Of a DNA stretch of 64,000 nucleotides, positions 9,192-19,801 are shown one piece after another; position 1 is the first letter of the stretch; the number at the start of each line of letters is the position of its first letter. Source of the DNA: Candidatus Eiseniibacteriota bacterium (GTDB taxonomy: Bacteria; Eisenbacteria; RBG-16-71-46); the NCBI GenBank assembly GCA_963744995.1, contig CAVUWA010000010.1, positions 1 to 64,000 on the forward strand, in the 5' to 3' direction. The position numbers and the translations under genes are program-made. The notes beneath the pieces are model-generated. The model was not told the origin of the DNA and made no database searches. It worked only from the letters and a program-made list of their open reading frames with translations.

Positions 9192-11033
9192 GTGATCCCG
9201 ATGCAGGACTTCTTCCGGAACCCCGACCAGACCGGCTTCCAGCTCTCGCCGGACGGCCGGCATTTCTCGTGGCTGCAGCCCTGGGAGGGCCGGCTGAACG
9301 TCCACGTCCGCGCGGTGGACGGCACCCGGGTCGCGCGGGTGACCTCTTCCAGGGCGCGCGACATCGCCGCGCACGGCTGGGCCAGCAACGATCGTCTGGT
9401 CTACATCCAGGACTCGGGCGGCGACGAGAACTACCACGCCTACGCGATGGATCTGGACGGCGGAAACTTCATCGACCTCACCCCGTTCGAGTCGGTGCAG
9501 GCGCGCTTCGTCGACATCCTCGAGGACGACGACGACCACGTGCTGCTGGCGATCAACCGGCGCGACCCGCGGGTGCACGACGTCTACAGGGCGAACGTCA
9601 ACACCGGGGAGCTGGAGATGGTCGCCGAGAACCCGGGCAACATCACCGGCTGGAAGACCGACAATGCCGGCCGCGTGCGCGTCGCCACCACCACCGACGG
9701 CGTGAACAACAGCCTGCTCTACCGCGAGAGCGAAACGGATCCGTTCAGAACAGTCTACACGACCCATTTCAAGGACCGGCTTGCACCGCTCTACTTCACC
9801 TTCGACGACGCGCTGCTCTACGTGGCTTCGAACCTGGGTCGCGACAAGACGGCCATCTTCACCTACGACCCCCGTACCGCGAAGATGCTGGAGCTGATCT
9901 ACGAGCACCCCGATGTCGACGTGTACTCGCTGCTGCGCTCGCGCCACCGCAAGGTGATCACCGGCGTGGCGTTCCTCACCGACAAGCGCGGCTACGCGTT
10001 CTTCGACGACGACCGCAGAGCGCTTCAGGAACGCCTCGAGCGCGAGCTGCCCGGGGTCGAGGTGACCGTCGCCAGCATGAGCCGGGACGAGCGGCGTGTG
10101 CTGGTGCGCACCTTCAGCGACAAGACCCAGGGCGCCTACTACTACCTGGATCGCGACGCGGGGCCGCTGCAGAAACTGGTCGAGGTGAGTCCCTGGCTGG
10201 ACGCGAGCGTCATGGCCGACATGAAGCCGGTCCAGTACACCAGCCGCGACGGCCTGACCATCCACGGCTACCTCACCCTGCCGCACGGCATCGAGGCCCG
10301 GAGCCTGCCGGCCGTGATCAACCCCCACGGCGGCCCGTGGGCGCGCGATGGCTGGGGCTTTAATCCCGAGGTGCAATTCCTCGCCAGCCGCGGCTACGCC
10401 GTGCTGCAGATGAACTACCGCGGCTCGACCGGCTACGGCAAGGAATTCTGGACGAAGAGCTTCCGCCAGTGGGGCCGGGCCATTCAGGACGACATCAGCG
10501 ACGGTGCGAAGTGGCTCGTCGCCGAGGGCATCGCCGATCCGGATCGCATCGGCATCTACGGCGGCTCGTTCGGCGGCTACGCCACGCTGGCCGGTTTGAC
10601 CTTCACGCCCGAGCTCTACGCATGCGGCGTGGATTACGTGGGCGTCTCGAACATCTTCACCTTCATCGAGGCGTTTCCGCCCTACTGGAAGCCTTTCCTC
10701 GAGATGATCAAGGAGATGGCAGGTGATCCGGACACCGAGCCCGAGTTCATCCGCTCCATCTCGCCGTTTTTCCACGTCGATCGGATCCGTGCGCCGCTGC
10801 TGGTCGCACAGGGCGCCAACGACCCGCGCGTGAAGAAGGCCGAGAGCGATCAGATCGTCGAGGCCCTGCGGGCGAGCGGCATCGAGGTCGAGTACATGGT
10901 CAAGGACGACGAGGGCCACGGCTTCGAGAACGAGGAGAACCGCTTCGATTTCTACGGCGCCATGGAGAGGTTCCTCGGCCGGCACCTGGGCGGCAAGGTG
11001 GCGCCGGAGCCGGCGCGTCACGCCGCGCGCTGA
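9192..11033 (+). CDS. S9 family (dipeptidyl/acylaminoacyl) peptidase
   Basis: HGGPW, nucleophile GGSFGG, D in GANDPRV, H in EGHGF; N-terminal propeller; AGGAGG RBS before GTG. Confidence 0.93.
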   Translation: MIPMQDFFRNPDQTGFQLSPDGRHFSWLQPWEGRLNVHVRAVDGTRVARVTSSRARDIAAHGWASNDRLVYIQDSGGDENYHAYAMDLDGGNFIDLTPFESVQARFVDILEDDDDHVLLAINRRDPRVHDVYRANVNTGELEMVAENPGNITGWKTDNAGRVRVATTTDGVNNSLLYRESETDPFRTVYTTHFKDRLAPLYFTFDDALLYVASNLGRDKTAIFTYDPRTAKMLELIYEHPDVDVYSLLRSRHRKVITGVAFLTDKRGYAFFDDDRRALQERLERELPGVEVTVASMSRDERRVLVRTFSDKTQGAYYYLDRDAGPLQKLVEVSPWLDASVMADMKPVQYTSRDGLTIHGYLTLPHGIEARSLPAVINPHGGPWARDGWGFNPEVQFLASRGYAVLQMNYRGSTGYGKEFWTKSFRQWGRAIQDDISDGAKWLVAEGIADPDRIGIYGGSFGGYATLAGLTFTPELYACGVDYVGVSNIFTFIEAFPPYWKPFLEMIKEMAGDPDTEPEFIRSISPFFHVDRIRAPLLVAQGANDPRVKKAESDQIVEALRASGIEVEYMVKDDEGHGFENEENRFDFYGAMERFLGRHLGGKVAPEPARHAAR

Positions 11034-11251
11034 AGCGCGGCGCCATGCCCGCCTGCAGACGCACCTGCGGGCGCGGTCCGCACTCGGCTCGAAGGCCGCG
11101 CCGAAGTGTCCGCGTCGCCTTCATGTGTTTCACTGGGCCCGATGAGGCTCCCACCGAACCCGGAGTCTCTGACCGCGACAGCGTGCGCAGCCCCTGCCTG
11201 CAATGAGGACGGGAGCATGCCTGCAGCGTTCACGGCCCGGTGGAGGAGCGC

Positions 11252-12580
11252 ATGGGATCGGACCACAAGCCGGCCAGCACGAAACAGGATTCGGGCGGCG
11301 TCAGCCTGCTCGGCGCGGTGGCGATCGGCATCGGCGGCATGGTCGGCGGCGGGATCTTCGCCGTGCTCGGTGTGGCCGCCACGCAGGCGCGCGGCGCGAC
11401 GCCCATCGCGTTCGCGGTGGCGGGAGGGGTCGCTGCGCTGACGGCCTACTCCTACAGCCGGCTGTCCACGCACTTCCAGAGCGCCGGCGGCACGATCGCG
11501 TTCATCGACCGCGTGTTCGGCGTCCGCGACCTGACCGGGGCGCTCAACATCGTGCTCTGGATCGGCTACATCGCCACGACCGCGCTGTACGTCTCGGCAT
11601 TCGCCAACTACGCCGCGACCTTCGTTCCAGGCGTCTCGCCGCACCCCGGCCCCCTGCTCATCCGCCTGCTGATCGCCGTCGGCGTGCTGGTGCCGTGGGG
11701 CATCAATCTGGCCAATGCCGCGCTCGTCGCCCGCAGCGAGGGCTACATCGTCGGCATCAAGCTGGCGATCCTGGTCGCGGTCATCATCGCCGGAGTGTCG
11801 AGCGTGTCCATGGACCGCCTCGCGCCGGCGACCACGTGGCCCACGCTGCCGAGCATCCTCGGCGCGGGGATGCTGATCTTCGTCGCCTACGAAGGGTTCG
11901 AGCTCATCGCCAACGCGTCGGCCGACATCCGCAAGCCGCGCCACAACCTGCCGCTCGCCTTCGGCCTCTCGGTCGGTATCGTCATCGTGCTGTACGTCGC
12001 GATCGCGTGGGTGGTCGTGGGCTCGCTCACGCCCCAGGAGATCGTCCGCTCGGCGGATGTCGCGCTCGCGAAGGCGGCGGGCAATGCACTCGGCGAGTGG
12101 GGCTTCCGGCTGGTCGGCGTGTCCGCGGTGCTCGCCACGCTCTCGGCAACCAACGCCACGTTCTACGGCGCGGCCCGGCTCAGCTTCACGCTCGCCACCG
12201 AAGGCGAGCTGCCCGAGCGCTTCGAGCACAAGCGCTGGAACCAGCCGCTCGGCCTGCACGTCACGGCGCTGGTCGGGCTGATCCTGGCGGTCGCGCTGCC
12301 GCTCAGCAGCATTTCCACCGTCAGCAGCGCGATCTTCCTGATCGTGTTCGCGGTGGTCAACGCCGCCGCGTGTGTGGCGGCGGGTGACATCGGCGCGAAC
12401 GCGTGGGTCGCCGGGCTCGGGTCGCTGGGCTGCGTCGCTGCGCTCGGCGCGCTCGTGGTTCGTTCGTGGAGCGACGAACCGGTCGGGCTGATCGTGCTGG
12501 TGGCGCTGGCGGCAGCCGCGCTGACGACCGAATCGTTCGTGCTCCGGCGGCAGCGGGGCTCCCGTCGCATGAACGTCTGA
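11252..12580 (+). CDS. APC family amino-acid permease
   Basis: GGMVGGGIF in TM1, FVAYEGFE in TM6, about 12 TM segments. Confidence 0.9.
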   Translation: MGSDHKPASTKQDSGGVSLLGAVAIGIGGMVGGGIFAVLGVAATQARGATPIAFAVAGGVAALTAYSYSRLSTHFQSAGGTIAFIDRVFGVRDLTGALNIVLWIGYIATTALYVSAFANYAATFVPGVSPHPGPLLIRLLIAVGVLVPWGINLANAALVARSEGYIVGIKLAILVAVIIAGVSSVSMDRLAPATTWPTLPSILGAGMLIFVAYEGFELIANASADIRKPRHNLPLAFGLSVGIVIVLYVAIAWVVVGSLTPQEIVRSADVALAKAAGNALGEWGFRLVGVSAVLATLSATNATFYGAARLSFTLATEGELPERFEHKRWNQPLGLHVTALVGLILAVALPLSSISTVSSAIFLIVFAVVNAAACVAAGDIGANAWVAGLGSLGCVAALGALVVRSWSDEPVGLIVLVALAAAALTTESFVLRRQRGSRRMNV

Positions 12581-12620
12581 TCCGGCGCTGCGGATCCGTG
12601 TGCGCCGGCGCCCCCGGCGC

Positions 12621-13637
12621 TCAGTCGAAGCGCCACCTCGGCGTCCCCTGGGACAGGTCCATGTGAATGCCGGCGGTGACCTTGACGACCGGATCGAGCC
12701 CCGAGCCCCGCGCCTGCGGGATCCGGCCGACGTCCAGCGCGACCATCCATGCCCGGACGCCGCCGCCGAACGTGAAGTCGCGGATGTCGCCCGTCTTGTC
12801 GTAGTAGTAGCCGGTCCTGCCGGCGATGCGCAGGATGTCGGAGACGGTGAGGTTGGCTTCGACGCCGCCGTTCCAGATGTTGAATCCGTTCGTCACTTCG
12901 GAATGGTTGTAGTCCACCACGGCCACGCCGCCGAAAACGACGTCTTCGGACAGGCGGACCGGGACCGCGGCGGAGGCGCCCAGCTTGAGGTTGCGGCTCG
13001 GCGGGCTCGATCCGCCGAGGCCCGCGAAGATGCCGCCGAAGTTTCCGAAGTCGATCCTGCCGCCGAGGTTCTGGTACATGGCGCCGAGTCCGAACCGCCA
13101 CGGCGCGCGATCGACGCGCAGCAATGCACCGACGTCGCTGGTGAAACCGGAGCCAGCGAAACCAGCGGCGAAGTCGACGTCCACCCATTTGAGCGTGGCG
13201 CCCACCGAGACCATGGGGTGCACACGAACGCCGAGCGCGATCGCGGGCGACGACTCGAATCCATAGCCGGAGCCGTAGCTCAGATGGGTGTAGCCCGTCC
13301 CGAATCCGCCCCACGCTCCGAGCGGCGCCACGGCGGCGACGTGGTAGTAAGGCAGATCGGCCAGCCCCGGCAGCAGCGTGGCACGCATGAACTGGGCGCT
13401 CGTGCGGTCGGCGAATCCGAGCGCGGCCGGATTCCACCACATCGCGTCGGCCGGATTGCCGAACAGCGCGACGCCGGCGGCGCCGAGGCCGTTCTGCCGG
13501 GCGCCGGGCTGAATGTCGAGCACGCGCGCGGCGCCCTGCGCGAGCGCCGTACCCGCGGCGGACGCGAGGATCAACAGGGTGAATACGAACCACGTGAACG
13601 GGCGGCGGCATGAAACGCGTCGGCGCGGCATGGGCAC
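12621..13637 (-). CDS. PorV/PorQ-like outer-membrane beta-barrel
   Basis: Signal peptide, then GARQNGLG.AGVA...ADAMWWNPAALG as in the PorV/FadL-like family; beta-strand pattern. Confidence 0.75.
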   Translation of the reverse strand: MPMPRRRVSCRRPFTWFVFTLLILASAAGTALAQGAARVLDIQPGARQNGLGAAGVALFGNPADAMWWNPAALGFADRTSAQFMRATLLPGLADLPYYHVAAVAPLGAWGGFGTGYTHLSYGSGYGFESSPAIALGVRVHPMVSVGATLKWVDVDFAAGFAGSGFTSDVGALLRVDRAPWRFGLGAMYQNLGGRIDFGNFGGIFAGLGGSSPPSRNLKLGASAAVPVRLSEDVVFGGVAVVDYNHSEVTNGFNIWNGGVEANLTVSDILRIAGRTGYYYDKTGDIRDFTFGGGVRAWMVALDVGRIPQARGSGLDPVVKVTAGIHMDLSQGTPRWRFD

Positions 13638-13733
13638 TGCTCCTCTCGACGGTTTGCTGGGGGCCCGCAGACGATACGGCCGCGGTCCCCGCGCAGCGAA
13701 ACGAATTGGAGCCCGGGCCGGCCCTACTTTGGT

Positions 13734-15110
13734 CTACGGAGCGTCGTCGGGCCGTCCGGCCGGCGGCAGCTTGCCGAGCACGCGCGAGCGCAGTGCGTCG
13801 TAGATCGGAACGCTTCCCATCCACTGCGCCACCGTCAACGCGGCGAAACTGGCGGCCAGCATGGGCAGCAGGCTCGTGAAGGCGGCGGTCATCTCGATGA
13901 CGAGGACGATGCCGGTCACGGGGGCGCGCACGACACCCGCGAAGAACGCCGCCATGCCGACCACGGCGAACGACAACGGGTCGATGGCGAGTCCCGGCAG
14001 CGCGGCGTGGGCCAGCAGTCCGCACGCGAGGCCCAGTTGTGCGCCCAGCAGCAGCAGCGGGGCGAACAATCCTCCGGGCGTGAAGGCCGAGTGCGAGAGC
14101 ACGCCGAGCGCGTAGCGCACGACGAAGTACGCGGGGATCGCGGTCGCCGCGAGCCCGCCAGCGAGCAGCTGCGTGGTCATGTCGGAGCCGCTGCCCACGA
14201 GTCCGGGCGCGATCCAGGCCACGATCCCGACCGCGGCGCCGATCCATGCGGCGTGGGCTTCGCCAGGATGCCGGCCGATCCGTTCCGACACGTCGGCGAC
14301 GAGGAGGATCAGCCGGTTGTAGAGCGCCGCCGCGACACCCACCAGCGCGCCCAGCGCGAGGTGGATCGGCCAGGTGGCCGCTGCAGCGTAGGGCAGCGGA
14401 CCCGTTCCGGAGTACGCGCGGGGTGAAATGGCGACGTGGAAGAGCGGCGCGTTGCCGAGCAGCAGGCGCGAGACGAGGATGGCCGCCGAGGAGGCGCCGA
14501 TCGCAGCGACCGCGGTGCGGCGTTCGAAGCGCCGCTCCAGCTCCTCGAGCACGAACACCGCGCCCGCGATCGGCGCGTTGAAGGCCGCCGCCAGCCCCGC
14601 GCCCGCGCCTGCCGCGATCAGCGCGCGCACGTCGCGCCACGGCCGGCGCATCGCGTCGCCGACGATGCGCGCGCCCGCGGCTCCCATCTGCACGCTCGGG
14701 CCTTCCGGACCCAGCGCCAGCCCCGCTCCGATCGCGAGGACTCCGCCCACGAACTTGACCAGGATGAGGCGGGCGAGCGGAACGAACCGCAGGGTCCGGC
14801 CGAGCGCCGCCTCGACCTGCGGAATCCCGCTGCCGGTGGCGAACGGGGAGTAGCGGCGCACCACCCACGCCGCGACCGTGACGCAGGCAGTCACGCCGCC
14901 CGCCACCAGCAGCAGGCCGATGGCCGCAGGCAGGTGGTGCGTGGCGTCGACGACGTGCTCGCGCCAGCGGTCCGCGAACCGCAGGGCCAGGCGGAACGCG
15001 GACACGAGCAGGCCCGCCCACGCGCCGGCGGCGATCGCGCCCATCGCGAGCCCGAACACGCCGGTCCGCTCGTCGGCGGCGATCCGTTCGGGTTCGGCGA
15101 CGGCGTTCAC
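13734..15110 (-). CDS. clcA: ClC family H+/Cl- antiporter
   Basis: GSGIP, GPEGPSVQ, FNAPIAG...LEE, PGGLFAP and terminal IYD motifs. Confidence 0.9.
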   Translation of the reverse strand: MNAVAEPERIAADERTGVFGLAMGAIAAGAWAGLLVSAFRLALRFADRWREHVVDATHHLPAAIGLLLVAGGVTACVTVAAWVVRRYSPFATGSGIPQVEAALGRTLRFVPLARLILVKFVGGVLAIGAGLALGPEGPSVQMGAAGARIVGDAMRRPWRDVRALIAAGAGAGLAAAFNAPIAGAVFVLEELERRFERRTAVAAIGASSAAILVSRLLLGNAPLFHVAISPRAYSGTGPLPYAAAATWPIHLALGALVGVAAALYNRLILLVADVSERIGRHPGEAHAAWIGAAVGIVAWIAPGLVGSGSDMTTQLLAGGLAATAIPAYFVVRYALGVLSHSAFTPGGLFAPLLLLGAQLGLACGLLAHAALPGLAIDPLSFAVVGMAAFFAGVVRAPVTGIVLVIEMTAAFTSLLPMLAASFAALTVAQWMGSVPIYDALRSRVLGKLPPAGRPDDAP

Positions 15111-15199
15111 CGCGCGAGCCCGCGCCGCGTGCGGGAAGCCACGCTCATTCGAAGTCCTCCCCTTCGTCGGACGACTCGCGCATGGGAGTCATCGGGAAC

Positions 15200-16624
15200 T
15201 CACCTGCCATCCTCCGGCGACCCCGCCCCTGTCCGTTCCGCACCGGATTCAGCCGAGGCCGCGCCGGTTCCTCCCGGGGCCGCCGCCAGTCCTGCCTGCG
15301 GGTCGGCGCTTTCCGGACCGTCCATCGGGAAGATCCGCACCCCGCGCCGCTTCGTGATGAACGAGGTTCCCCACTGCAACACCACCAGCAGCCGGTTCGC
15401 GAACCCGATCAGGAAGAAGATGTGCACCCCGATCCAGATCAGCCAGGCGGGGAATCCGGCGAACCGCAGCATGCCGAGGTCGGCGACCGCGTAGGTGCGT
15501 CCCACGATGGCGAGACTGCCTTCGTCCAGGTAGCAGAACGGCGGCGGCGGACTCCTGTGGGTGACGCGGCGCGCGATGACCCTCGCCACGTACTTCCCGC
15601 CCTGGATCGCCGGCTGGGCGACACCGGGAAGCTGCACCGGCTCGCGGCTGCGAATCCCGAAGATGTTCCGGCTGTAGACCGTCGCAGCGGCCGCGTCGCC
15701 GATGACGAAGACGTTCGGCAGCCCGGGCACCGAAAGATCCTCGCCCACCCTCACGAGGCCGCGGCGATCCGTCTCCGCGCCGATCCAGCCGCCCGCGCCG
15801 GTGGCGGTCACGCCCGCCGACCAGAGCACGGTATGGCTCGGCACGCGTTTGCCGTCCACGATGACCCCCGCGGCGTCGACGCTCTCGACGCGCGAACCGG
15901 TGCGCACCTCCACGCCGAGCTTCTCCAGGTGCCGATGCGCCTGGGCCGACAGATGCTCCGGATAGGTCGGAAGGATGCGGGGCCCCGCCTCGAACAGAAT
16001 GATGTGGGCCGAGCGCGGGTCGATGTGGCGGAAGTCGCGAACCAGCGCCATGCGCGCCATCTCGGCGATCGTGCCCGCCGTCTCGACGCCGGCGGTGCCG
16101 CCGCCCACCAGCACGAACGTGAGCAGCGAGCGCTCGCGTTCGGAATCCGCGACCCCGGTCGCGCCCAGCCGCTCGGCTTCTTCGAACGCTCTCAGGATCT
16201 TGCCGCGGATGTGATCCGCGTCGTCGACAGAGTCGAGACCCGGCGCGAGCGCCTTCCACTCGTCGTGCCCGAAGTAGTTGTAGCGGATGCCCGTCGCCAG
16301 GATCAGGAAGTCGTAGCCGATCTCGCCGTGACGCGTGCGCACGATCTGCTTCGCCGTGTCGGCGCCGGTCACCTCCTCCATGATCACGTCGGCGTTGCGC
16401 TGGTTGCGCAGGACCGAGCGGATGGGCGCGGCGACCTCGTCGGCGGAGAGCAGCCCCGTCGCCACCTGGTAGAGCATCGGCCGGAAGAGGTGGTAGTTGT
16501 GGCGGTCGATGATCGTGACGCGCACCGGCGCGCGGGCGAGACTGCGCGCCGCGTACAGGCCGCCGAATCCGCCGCCGACGATCACCACACGCGGGAGGCC
16601 GGTCACGCCGGGGACGAAGCTCAC
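15200..16624 (-). CDS. ndh: Type II NADH dehydrogenase-like FAD oxidoreductase
   Basis: VVIVGGGFGG, PMLYQVATG, second Rossmann VGGGTAGVE, VFVIGD, AQPAIQ. Start approximate. Confidence 0.88.
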   Translation of the reverse strand: MSFVPGVTGLPRVVIVGGGFGGLYAARSLARAPVRVTIIDRHNYHLFRPMLYQVATGLLSADEVAAPIRSVLRNQRNADVIMEEVTGADTAKQIVRTRHGEIGYDFLILATGIRYNYFGHDEWKALAPGLDSVDDADHIRGKILRAFEEAERLGATGVADSERERSLLTFVLVGGGTAGVETAGTIAEMARMALVRDFRHIDPRSAHIILFEAGPRILPTYPEHLSAQAHRHLEKLGVEVRTGSRVESVDAAGVIVDGKRVPSHTVLWSAGVTATGAGGWIGAETDRRGLVRVGEDLSVPGLPNVFVIGDAAAATVYSRNIFGIRSREPVQLPGVAQPAIQGGKYVARVIARRVTHRSPPPPFCYLDEGSLAIVGRTYAVADLGMLRFAGFPAWLIWIGVHIFFLIGFANRLLVVLQWGTSFITKRRGVRIFPMDGPESADPQAGLAAAPGGTGAASAESGAERTGAGSPEDGR

Positions 16625-16980
16625 GCGGGCAGCTCGGGGTTCGGTCTCTTCACCTGCGACGACGCTCCAGGAATGCGATCCGGGCGAACCTCCCGCGCCG
16701 GACGCATCCCTGCCCGCGCCCGGCGCACTCGTGAACGGACGGCACTCTAGCACCGACGGCGAGACCGTTCGCGAACCACCACGGCCCCGAGCCCCATCTT
16801 CGGGTGCGCGCCGGCGGCGGCCCCGGCGCCCCCGGCGCCCCCGGAGACCGCCCTCCTGGCCGTGGTCCCGCGGAGCCGCAGCGAGCCACGGGCACCCGGA
16901 CCGACAACCCGCTATCTTGCGCACCAGTCGCGCAACCCGCCTGCGCGATCCGAGCCGCACTCACGCTGGAGTCCGACCCC

Positions 16981-18675
16981 ATGGCCCTCTTCCCCCGCGC
17001 AGATCCTCTCTTCACCCTCGCGATCGTGATCGCGGCCGGCGTGGCGTCCGCGTGGGTCGCGCGGCGTCTGCGCCTGCCCGGGATCACCGGGCAGATCCTG
17101 GTGGGGATCCTGATCGGGCCGGTGCTGCGACTGTTCGATCCCCAGGCGGTGCGCGGGCTCGAGCCGCTGACGCACTTCGCGCTCAGCCTGATCGCGGTGA
17201 CGGTGGGTGCGCACCTGAGCCTCAAGCGCCTGCGCAACGCCGGCCGGCGCCTCGCGTTCCTGTTCATCCTCGAAGCCACGATCACGCCGCTGTTCGTATT
17301 CGGCGCGCTGCTGCTGGTGCCGGGCATGGCGTGGGAACCGGCGGCGCTGCTCGCGGCCATGGCGGTCGCCACGGCGCCCGCCACGATCGTGGCGCTGGTC
17401 AAGGAAACGCGCGCGCGCGGGGTGTTCGTCAAGACGCTGGTGGCCGCGGTGGCGCTCAACAACGTCGCCTGCATCCTGCTGTTCGAGCTCGCGCGCTCGC
17501 TCGATCGATTCTGGCACGTCGACGCCGGCAGGATGACTCTGGGCAACGCACTGCTCGCCCCCGCGCACCAGATCCTCTTCGCCGGGCTGATCGGCGGGAT
17601 CGCCGCGGTGGCGATGCATCTGCTGCAGCGCTTCGTGGTGAAGCCCGAGACGATCAGCACCGCGGGCATTCTGGTGATCCTGCTCACCGCCGGACTTTCG
17701 ATTCACTTCGGCATCTCGCCGCTGCTCTCGTGTCTGTTCCTCGGGCTGGTGCAGACCAACCTCACTCCGGAGCGCGAGAAGCTGGTGGATGCACTGTTCT
17801 CGAACTTCGAGCCGGCCATCCTGGCGATCTTCTTCACGCTGGCCGGCATGGAGCTCGACTTCACCCAGATCCAGGCGGCCGGCGTGGCGGGCCTGGTGTT
17901 CTTCCTGGCGCGCGGCGCCGGCAAGCTGATCTCGGTGCGGTTCGCCATGATCCTCGCGCGCGCCACCCGCAAGGTGCGCACGTATCTGGGGATGGCGCTG
18001 TTGCCGCAGGCCGGGCTCGCCATCGGCCTGGTGTTGATCGCCCAGGATGATCCCCGGCTGCAGGATCGGCCGGAGATGCTGCACCTCCTGCTGGCGATCG
18101 TGCTGACCGTGGTGATGTTGAACGAAATCGTCGGGCCGATTCTGACCCGGCACGCACTCATTCGTTCGGGCGAAGCCGGACGCGCCGGTCGCCGGCTGCT
18201 CGACTTCCTTCAGGAGCAGCACATCCTCACGGGCTTCAAGGCGGTCTCGATGCAGCAGGCGATCGAGAAGCTCGTGGATCACCTGGATCGCACGCACGCG
18301 CTGCAGGTCGAGCGCCGCGCGCTGCTCGCCTCGGCCCTCGAGCGCGAAACGCAGGTCTCTACCAGCCTGGGCGGAGGCCTCGCGGTGCCGCACGTGATCC
18401 TGCCGGAGGGTCACCGCGCCGTGGGGGTCATGGCGCTCTCCAAACCCGGGCTGCCGTTTCCCACGCCTGACGACAAGCCGTTGCACTGCATCGTCCTGCT
18501 CGGCACGTCGCTCGGCGAGGCCAGGTTGCACCTGCAGATCCTCGCGACGCTGGCGCGCACGATCGGCACCGATGCCTCGATCCGCGACCGGCTGTTCGGC
18601 GCCTCCAGCCCCGCCCACGCGGCCGAGATCCTGCACGGCGAGGAGTCGGACGAGTTCAACGTGTTCCTGGATTAG
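16981..18675 (+). CDS. Cation:proton antiporter (CPA) fused to a C-terminal PTS EIIA domain
   Basis: ATAPA and LPQAGLAIGL CPA motifs; C-terminal RE..ST.LG.GLAVPH EIIA motif. Confidence 0.88.
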   Translation: MALFPRADPLFTLAIVIAAGVASAWVARRLRLPGITGQILVGILIGPVLRLFDPQAVRGLEPLTHFALSLIAVTVGAHLSLKRLRNAGRRLAFLFILEATITPLFVFGALLLVPGMAWEPAALLAAMAVATAPATIVALVKETRARGVFVKTLVAAVALNNVACILLFELARSLDRFWHVDAGRMTLGNALLAPAHQILFAGLIGGIAAVAMHLLQRFVVKPETISTAGILVILLTAGLSIHFGISPLLSCLFLGLVQTNLTPEREKLVDALFSNFEPAILAIFFTLAGMELDFTQIQAAGVAGLVFFLARGAGKLISVRFAMILARATRKVRTYLGMALLPQAGLAIGLVLIAQDDPRLQDRPEMLHLLLAIVLTVVMLNEIVGPILTRHALIRSGEAGRAGRRLLDFLQEQHILTGFKAVSMQQAIEKLVDHLDRTHALQVERRALLASALERETQVSTSLGGGLAVPHVILPEGHRAVGVMALSKPGLPFPTPDDKPLHCIVLLGTSLGEARLHLQILATLARTIGTDASIRDRLFGASSPAHAAEILHGEESDEFNVFLD

Positions 18676-18736
18676 ACGCGAGGCTCGACACTTTCAAACT
18701 CACGCCCCTTGCAGATCCCTCCCGTCCTGCCAGCGC

Positions 18737-19531
18737 CTACGTTTTACCCTCGTCGTCTCTTGTTTGCTTGTTATCTCCACTCACTTTCGGAGTGTCTTCG
18801 GAGTGTCCTTCTTTGGCAGGCTCATCTTCGTGAGCATCACCTGCCGGTCCAGTCTCCGGCTTCTTTTCTTGAAACACCGCCACAATCGCCGCCCCGGTTG
18901 TGAGTGCCCACACAACCGCCAATAACAACCTCATGAGCAGGCTGTTCGCCAAGACCACGTCCCACATAGTCAGGCGAAGGTCGGCTGGGGGTGCATGTTC
19001 ACGCTTCATCACCGCTCGTCGACACAGACCGTCGAGTGTCAGTTGGATGCCAGAGCCAGGCACCATAGTCAGATCTCTGATGGTGCCACCATTGACACAC
19101 TCCAATTCCAACACGCTTGGCCCCTGGATATCGCTTGGCAGATCCGAACCGTTTGGGGCGATACGGCCCATCCGCAGCTGCGCCCCCGCTCCTTCACTAG
19201 GAGTCACCCTGGCAACGAGGAATGTCTCGTCTATTAGATCGCCCGCAGCGACTGGCCCTGACACACCGTAGTTTACTTTGACTCTTCCGGTCCCGACCGC
19301 CTTCGCGGTTGTCGTTTGGTTGGTCGTCACGACGCCGATTTGCCAAGGCGCCCGCAACTTCTGACGCCCGCCTGCCGACATTCGTATATTGGCATCCAGC
19401 AGCGATGATATTACACTGCCAGGCGCATAGAACTCAGCGCCAATGCGCGTTGGCGGCAACGTGTCATACGTGTAGGGTGTAAGTGTTAACTGAAAGTTTG
19501 ACCTGGTAGTCCGGCTGGCGCGTGACTGCAA
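18737..19531 (-). CDS. Hypothetical protein with atypical codon usage and one C-terminal TM; probably 5'-truncated or frameshifted
   Basis: 264-aa ORF in a visibly lower-GC segment; only a TTG start. Confidence 0.45.
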   Translation of the reverse strand: MQSRASRTTRSNFQLTLTPYTYDTLPPTRIGAEFYAPGSVISSLLDANIRMSAGGRQKLRAPWQIGVVTTNQTTTAKAVGTGRVKVNYGVSGPVAAGDLIDETFLVARVTPSEGAGAQLRMGRIAPNGSDLPSDIQGPSVLELECVNGGTIRDLTMVPGSGIQLTLDGLCRRAVMKREHAPPADLRLTMWDVVLANSLLMRLLLAVVWALTTGAAIVAVFQEKKPETGPAGDAHEDEPAKEGHSEDTPKVSGDNKQTRDDEGKT

Positions 19532-19801
19532 ATTGATGTCACACCCGTGCGCAATGAGGCTTACATATCCGTCACGTGCTGGCCTCGTTGCGCCCTGCGG
19601 TCGTCGCCTCTACAAGCAGTGTGGATTCGGAGTCGGGGTACAGGACAAACTCAGGGGACGCTATTGGCGGTATCGTGGATGAATACAAGCATTTCTGTGC
19701 GGGGTGCGGTTTGTCTTGGTATCACGGCATCTGGCGGGCCCTCGATGCTCGCCGGGACCGTTTCGCCGGGCGCAAGCTCTCAGCGCGCACCCGCGCCGGG
19801 A

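Noticed and set aside
16820..16846. ccccggcgc x3 micro-repeat and other GC-rich hairpins (e.g. 41738-41818, 22855-22915)
   Set aside because: Low-complexity GC-rich intergenic DNA; no consistent REP family could be supported.
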